A program made the translations under genes and the position numbers. The notes below the pieces were generated by a model. It had not been told where the DNA came from. It saw nothing but the letters and a program-made list of their open reading frames with translations, and did no database searches. This document shows, piece after piece, positions 59,401-64,000 of a DNA stretch of 64,000 bases (position 1 is its first letter; each line of letters opens with the position of its first letter). The stretch covers positions 1-64,000 of the forward strand of contig JBHLLO010000002.1 in NCBI GenBank assembly GCA_048885535.1, written 5' to 3'. Source of the stretch: Candidatus Hermodarchaeota archaeon. Its GTDB lineage: Archaea > Asgardarchaeota > Lokiarchaeia > Sigyniarchaeales > SOKP01.

Positions 59401-59926
59401 TCTAATGAATCTTGTAAAAAGCCGATTAGGCTCTCCAGAACAATATGAAAATATTGGGTTTAATATTCCTACAGATAATATTAACGATGGTCCGACTGTA
59501 ACAGCATATAAAACCTATGAATCCATGGATAGCAAAATAGACGGTCAATTACATTTGGCTAAAATCATTAAGGCCGTAAATGCAAAAAAAGTTGCTGAAA
59601 AAATATTGATGACACACTTCAACCCAGATATTTTAGGTAATTTGAGAAAATTTTCTGTGCAAGAATTTAGATGTGTGAAATGTAATGAAAAGTTCAGAAG
59701 ACCTCCCATTTCAAATTCAGGAAATTGTACTAAATGTGGGAATAGAGTTATATTAACAGTCAATAAAGGTGGAATTGAAAAATATATCCCCCGGGCAATT
59801 AAATTATGCAAAAATTTCAAACTAGATAAATATACTGTTCAGAGAATGGAATTGATCCAAGAGTACGTTGAAAGTCTAACTAATAATCCGAGAATCAAAC
59901 AGCAAAAACTTTCTGATTTTTTCTAA
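56474..59926 (+). CDS. polC: DNA polymerase D large subunit DP2
   Basis: FAGPIRAAGGT, RIRYGRCRNTG, RMGRPEK, catalytic RRNCDGDED, C-terminal zinc finger and PIP box QQKLSDFF; no intein seen. Confidence 0.97.
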   Translation: MVEMSNEMENYFSEIQNQVDDCYNIAEKARKKGLDPEMFVECPQARDLAGRVEKLVGPEGVAKLIRELKNKGKSDDEIVFQVVKDILDQRVGNINSLEERVERAIRVGLAIKTMGVVSAPLEGISKILVRNDKQGNRYLSLYFAGPIRAAGGTTAALCVLIADYVREKTNIPKYEATEAEIGRYVEEVKLYDRRVHLQYPSSNDEIRFAVKNLPVEINGDSTEDEEVSAFRNLPRIDTNKIRGGACLVLNDGILLKAPKLLKIASAMNLEGWNWLDDLKKIASKGESKNKVKEKEFAGKDKNKIPPNSKFVADIIAGRPVFSHPSNVGGHRIRYGRCRNTGLAAAGIHPATMGILDNFISIGTQLRTERPGKSASICPVSSIEPPIVKLKNGSVVKVKNYNLAVKYFPEVEEILFLGDILFSFGEFAENNHVLIPSGYVEEWWALDLEKVVKDIQSIDQKIKDYIRNPFRFKPTPEDAIKLSLKYNIPLHPSYTDFWGNVSVDDLILLRNAFLLNFSKNNDKLIIDNDKEVKEVLEKAFIPHKVKENKITFKKSKSYVYKILFNLKEKQSNVVNKEEDVFTYFYRLSTIRVKNKAPYYMGTRMGRPEKSERKSMKGIHTLFPLSDKVGNSRSVEKAMDLHKVKIDVCRRLCPNCNNVSIFNLCPNCKTHTDLKSICLKCKSLYPASDPQEKEVCPKCKEMLKSSSDALFDIKSYIDMVLDSLQISFPKKLKGIFGLTNTFKVPEPIEKGILRAKNDVLVYKTAEIRYDATDIPLTHFKAEEVGVSIEKLKDLGYTLDFKGEPLNREDQIIELKVQDVIISDDCANYLVKVSTFLDDELEYFYKMNRYYNISDKKDLIGHLIVGLAPHTSAGIIGRIIGFSPVRGIYAHPYWHAAKRRNCDGDEDGIMLLLDPLLNFSRYYLPSKIGGRMDATLVIGTLLDPNEIDVEAHNIDTLFNYPLEFYEATEIYKSPSEIEHLMNLVKSRLGSPEQYENIGFNIPTDNINDGPTVTAYKTYESMDSKIDGQLHLAKIIKAVNAKKVAEKILMTHFNPDILGNLRKFSVQEFRCVKCNEKFRRPPISNSGNCTKCGNRVILTVNKGGIEKYIPRAIKLCKNFKLDKYTVQRMELIQEYVESLTNNPRIKQQKLSDFF

Positions 59927-61116
59927 ATCGATTCATCTATAGTTTTTACAGCATCAAAACATATTTCTAAACATCCACTCAGATTTTTCAAATAAATTCT
60001 TTTTGGAGTGTCTTTAGAGGAATGAATATATTTAGAATCTTTTGCTGAATGAAAGCAAGCTACTTGTAGGTTTGTTTTTGTCTTTTTAGCAAATTTCTTA
60101 AAAGATATATGGTCTGTTCCTGGTCTAATTGATCGATCATAGTTTACAACAGGAATCTTATTTCTAATTGCAGAAGCCTTTAATATTTCATTTAAATTTT
60201 TATTGGTGTCTTTTTTAAAAATTCCAGTCCTATTAAGAAGACCTATATAAGATCCAACCATATCGATAATTATACTAAAAGAGTTATCAAGATCGTAAGT
60301 TTGTTTAAACTCCTCCCTGTGTTTTTTTAAAAATCTATTTGCTCCAACTAATCCCCATTCTTCAGCTCCACTCCAAAGAAATATTACATCAAAATTTTTA
60401 ATAGGATTCCTTTTTAAGATTTTCATTAACTCAATTAAGATTGAAACCCCAGATGCATTATCAATAGAACCTTTGGATTTCTTATTATCATAAATTAATA
60501 GAAAAATTAATAAAATTATCCCAAATTCAATTCCAGTGGTAATAAATATAAATGGTTCAAGAGCAAATCTATGTTCATATAAAGAAAATACATCAGATAT
60601 GACTAATATAGAAGTAAATATCATAATCGTAAAGTATGGAATAATTATCATTCTAAAGATAAAGAATAAGACATTTTGCAACCTGTAAGGGGCAGTTGCC
60701 GAAAATGAGTCATAATGTGCACAGAAAAAAATAACTGGTCTTTTTTCTTTTTGGTTTTCAGCTGGAATTATAGTATAAATATTTCTAGATTCTTCCTTTT
60801 GAATTAAGGAATATTCACGAAGTTTGGGGAAGAGATATTTTATTGCAAAAAAGATAATTAAAATTAATACAGTTTCATACCTTAATATAAAATAAATTAT
60901 GAAAATCACATAAAATAGTCTCATTAAAGCTCTTTTAGGTCCTGTCCAGTCAAAAAATTCAATTACAGGTTTTAGATTTTCTTTATTTATAGTATTTTCA
61001 AGATAAACAAGAGCTTTTGTCTCTCCACTAGTGGTAGCCGTACGAGGGAAAGACAGTTCATATATATGATCAAGTAGGGCAATCTCCTCATATAATTTAC
61101 TTTCCAAAATAGTCAT
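59923..61116 (-). CDS. Membrane M28-family peptidase
   Basis: CAHYDS, GSIDNASG, GAEEWGLVG, IDMVG, TDH, IHSSKDT with TM inserts. Confidence 0.85.
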   Translation of the reverse strand: MTILESKLYEEIALLDHIYELSFPRTATTSGETKALVYLENTINKENLKPVIEFFDWTGPKRALMRLFYVIFIIYFILRYETVLILIIFFAIKYLFPKLREYSLIQKEESRNIYTIIPAENQKEKRPVIFFCAHYDSFSATAPYRLQNVLFFIFRMIIIPYFTIMIFTSILVISDVFSLYEHRFALEPFIFITTGIEFGIILLIFLLIYDNKKSKGSIDNASGVSILIELMKILKRNPIKNFDVIFLWSGAEEWGLVGANRFLKKHREEFKQTYDLDNSFSIIIDMVGSYIGLLNRTGIFKKDTNKNLNEILKASAIRNKIPVVNYDRSIRPGTDHISFKKFAKKTKTNLQVACFHSAKDSKYIHSSKDTPKRIYLKNLSGCLEICFDAVKTIDESI

Positions 61117-61215
61117 ATCATAATCTGATTATTTTGGGAAACTTATGTAGGTTATGGTTTTTAATAATAAATAAAATCTATTTTCTAGAAAAAAATGTCT
61201 ATAATTTTAAAAAAA

Positions 61216-61300
61216 TGCAGGGAGAGGGATTTGAACCCTCGAACTCCTATGAGACTAGAGCCTCGGTCTAGCACCGTTGACCAGGCTTGGCTACCCCTGC
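61216..61300 (-). tRNA. tRNA-Leu(GAG), with C at position 33
   Basis: Acceptor GCAGGGG/TCCCTGC plus discriminator A, anticodon arm CTAGA-CCGAGGC-TCTAG, long variable arm, T loop TTCAAAT. Confidence 0.88.
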
Positions 61301-61510
61301 CAAGATTGAATTTTGAAATCAGTCTAATAGGATAAATTAATACTAATTATCATTATAAATTAATGAAATAAAGTTTTGGAGATTTTAAAAATTTATTTTA
61401 TCTTTTTCTTTTTGTTTCAAAAAGATTTTTATTAGAACATAGTTAACTAGTTATATAATTTATAAGATTCTTATTTCAATATCCTCAAATTGCAAAAAGA
61501 GTTGTAGATA

Positions 61511-62524
61511 TTGTCAGTTGACACAAAAAAATTGAAAGCTTTGTTGCAATGGTATTCACAAAGTATCGGGGACGATTTAGTTGCAGCTCTTGTGGTAAAT
61601 AGACAGGGATTGGTTATTGATGCTCTCTCAAAATCATCAGAAAAAACTCTAGATGAAGAGATTTTGGGAGGAGTTAGTGCATTGGTTGAGCCGGTATTAA
61701 CAAGAATCACCGAAGAGTTTAGTTCTGGCTCTTTTGGAACAGGTACTTTTGATACTGAGGATTATAGGTTGATTTTTTGTGAAGCTGGACCAGAAGCAGT
61801 GTTTGTAACAATTTTAGATGCTATTGCTGGTGTAGATCCAATATTTCCTTATGCTTATTTAACCGCAGAAAAAATTGCTAGGATTTTTGACGGGAGATCT
61901 GTAAGCCCTGTAATTCCAAAATTGATAACAAAAGAAGATTCTAAAAATATCCAAAGAAAAGTAGATAAACTTCAAAAAGTTAAAGCAAAGTCTGGTGAAT
62001 ATGCTTTCAAGTTAATTTTGGGAGGAGATGGTAACGTTGGAAAAACTAGTATGGTACACAGATTTGTTGAGAATACTTTTGCTCAGGATTATAAATCTAC
62101 TATTGGAACTTCAATTATGAAAAAAGAATGCAACTTTGAAGGACTTAAGAGCTCTGTACGATTTATCATTTGGGATTTAGCTGGACAAGCTCAATTCAAA
62201 AGAGTTCGGTTATCTTATTTAGCTAATGCCGAAGCAGGAATTTTAGTCTTTGATGTGACAAATATAACATCTTATGAAAATCTTGTAAATTGGTTTAACG
62301 AGATAAATAGAGCCTCACCAGACATTTCATTAATTCTAGTTGGTAATAAAATTGATTTAAAAAATAAAAGAGAAGTTTCAACTGAGGACGGTGAAGAAAT
62401 TGCTAAGAAACTTAATTTATCTTATATTGAAACTTCAGCAAAAACGGGAGAAAATATTAATGACGCTTTTAGGACACTAGCTCTACAAATGATAAAAAAA
62501 TATTTAACAACTGAAGATATGTAA
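61511..62524 (+). CDS. Roadblock/LC7 domain fused to Rab-like small GTPase
   Basis: AALVVNRQGLVI roadblock pattern; G1 GDGNVGKT, G2 STIG, G3 WDLAGQ, G4 NKID, G5 TSAK. Confidence 0.9.
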   Translation: MSVDTKKLKALLQWYSQSIGDDLVAALVVNRQGLVIDALSKSSEKTLDEEILGGVSALVEPVLTRITEEFSSGSFGTGTFDTEDYRLIFCEAGPEAVFVTILDAIAGVDPIFPYAYLTAEKIARIFDGRSVSPVIPKLITKEDSKNIQRKVDKLQKVKAKSGEYAFKLILGGDGNVGKTSMVHRFVENTFAQDYKSTIGTSIMKKECNFEGLKSSVRFIIWDLAGQAQFKRVRLSYLANAEAGILVFDVTNITSYENLVNWFNEINRASPDISLILVGNKIDLKNKREVSTEDGEEIAKKLNLSYIETSAKTGENINDAFRTLALQMIKKYLTTEDM

Positions 62525-62528
62525 TTAA

Positions 62529-62629
62529 AGCCTCTGGGGGGATTTGAACCCCCGACCTATTCATCCTTATGGATTATCTCCAATTCGACTGATTACGAAT
62601 CAGTTGCTCTACCACTAAGCCACAGAGGC
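62529..62629 (-). tRNA. tRNA-Thr(CGT) with about 29-nt insert (probable non-canonical intron) at the anticodon-stem/variable-loop junction
   Basis: Acceptor GCCTCTG/CAGAGGC, D arm GCTT/GAGC, anticodon arm ACTGA-TTCGTAA-TCAGT, insert at about 62559..62587, then AGGTC-GGGGG-TTCAAAT-CCCCC; removing the insert leaves 72 nt. Confidence 0.85.
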
Positions 62630-62680
62630 CAAAAATTTGACTAATTAAATATAAATTTAAGAAATAATAAAATTTTTCTG

Positions 62681-63688
62681 ATGAATGATAAAAAATTTAT
62701 GGGATCTATAGGAGAATCAAAAATCATTGAACGAATAGGAGAGTTAATTTTAAAGACAACTGGTAAGAAACTACTCTTTGATGATAGCTTCTTTTTTGCT
62801 TGTAAAAAGAAACATTGTCTAGTTTCGAATTCTGATATGTTCGTATCCACAACTGATGCTCCAAAACAGATGAATTTTTATCAAATGGGACGTAAGTCTG
62901 TTCTAATGAATATTAGTGATTTAATGACTAAAGGCGTACAACCTAAGGCAATCATCATCTCACTAGGCATCCCAAAAGATTTGAGTATCAGTGACTTCGA
63001 TCAATTAATGAACGGTATTATTACATACTGTAAAAAGTGGAATGTCGAATATATTGGTGGGGATATTAATGAAACAAAAGAATTAATCATAAGCCCTACT
63101 ATTTTTGGTTTTAAAAATCCTTCAAATATATTATTTAGAGAAGGAATAGAAACAGGGGATGTTCTAATAATTAATAACAAATTTGGTTTAACAGGAGTAG
63201 GATTTGATATACTTTTAAGAAAAGGTGGTACATTAGAGGATTACCCACAATATGAGAGGGCAATATTAAGTGTTTTAGAACCAAATGATCCTGGGAATGA
63301 AGGATGCATTTTAGCCAACAATAGTTTAGCCACTTCAAGTATAGATTCATCAGATGGTTTAGCAAGATCCTTGAGAGAATTAATGCTATCTAATCCTCAG
63401 TTTGGATTTGAAATTACATATAGTGATGATTTAGTTGATAAGGAGGCAGTAAATTACTGTATAAACTACAATATTCCATTAGAACAAGTAATATTTGAGG
63501 GGGGAGAGGAGTTTATTCAAATTTTTACAATTAACGCAAATAAATATGAAAAAGCTCAAAAAAAGGTTAAAATGGCAGGTGGGCAGTTAATAAAAGTAGG
63601 AAATGTCATCTCTATAGGAAAAATATTTTTTAAAAAGAATAATACCAAGATAGAATTAAAAAGACAGGGTTTCGAGCATTTTGTATAA
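62681..63688 (+). CDS. thiL: Thiamine-monophosphate kinase
   Basis: IGESKII, NISDL, IGGDINE, IDSSDGL, GGEEF, GFEHF. Confidence 0.9.
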   Translation: MNDKKFMGSIGESKIIERIGELILKTTGKKLLFDDSFFFACKKKHCLVSNSDMFVSTTDAPKQMNFYQMGRKSVLMNISDLMTKGVQPKAIIISLGIPKDLSISDFDQLMNGIITYCKKWNVEYIGGDINETKELIISPTIFGFKNPSNILFREGIETGDVLIINNKFGLTGVGFDILLRKGGTLEDYPQYERAILSVLEPNDPGNEGCILANNSLATSSIDSSDGLARSLRELMLSNPQFGFEITYSDDLVDKEAVNYCINYNIPLEQVIFEGGEEFIQIFTINANKYEKAQKKVKMAGGQLIKVGNVISIGKIFFKKNNTKIELKRQGFEHFV

Positions 63689-63807
63689 TTTTAAAAAAGA
63701 TTTTTCTTTCGAAAAAATACACAGAAAAAATTTTATACTATTATAGATTTGTAAAATTGTAATTATAGTTAAAACATAATAATTTATCTTTAACAAAATT
63801 ACTGGTA

Positions 63808-63881
63808 GGGCTATTAGCGCAGACAGGTAGCGCAGCAGGCTTTTAACCTGAAGGTCGGGGGTTCGAATCCCCCATAGCCCG
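63808..63881 (+). tRNA. tRNA-Lys(TTT), intronless
   Basis: GGGCTAT/ATAGCCC acceptor, loop CT-TTT-AA, T loop TTCGAAT. Confidence 0.95.
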
Positions 63882-64000
63882 TATTATTTAATATATATAA
63901 AAAATCATTAATAATCATACTTTTTTTTATTTCTTTTTTACTTAAAATCAATAAAAATAAAATTTTACTCTACTCTAATTTAATTATCGAAAATAGATTT

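Noticed and set aside
56474-59926. Inteins in DP2, RtcB or Cdc6
   Set aside because: Protein lengths are normal and conserved motifs are contiguous.

Overview
AT-rich archaeal chromosomal window, most consistent with an Asgard archaeon of the Lokiarchaeia type. The evidence is GatDE, PolD DP1/DP2, Cdc6/Orc1, Nop5-fibrillarin, CarS, archaeal MAT and SmAP3, plus a roadblock-Rab-like GTPase fusion, a longin-domain protein and an extended Elf1. It carries about 55 CDS and six tRNA genes. Four tRNAs have introns or inserts, two of them at non-canonical positions. No mobile element, CRISPR array or rRNA was seen. Main observations: (i) a possible actin/membrane-remodelling set: an unannotated 50-aa WH2-motif microprotein, a coiled-coil/polyproline protein with an Ena/VASP-FAB- or WH2-like C-terminal helix, and an adjacent BAR-like helical protein; (ii) an 8-gene, about 8.9-kb operon with an AAA+ ATPase, a degenerate SMC/Rad50-like protein, a MAGE/Nse3 (KITE)-like protein and a duplicated Zn-ribbon/PC4-like protein; (iii) repeated apparent use of near-cognate start codons (ACG, ATT, ATA), which hides real N-termini from the ORF track; (iv) tandem RHH-HisKA-receiver proteins with no kinase ATP-binding domain; (v) tandem AN1-zinc-finger membrane proteins, one a site-2 protease and one a pseudo-rhomboid. 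All family assignments come from motif recognition by eye, not database searches.
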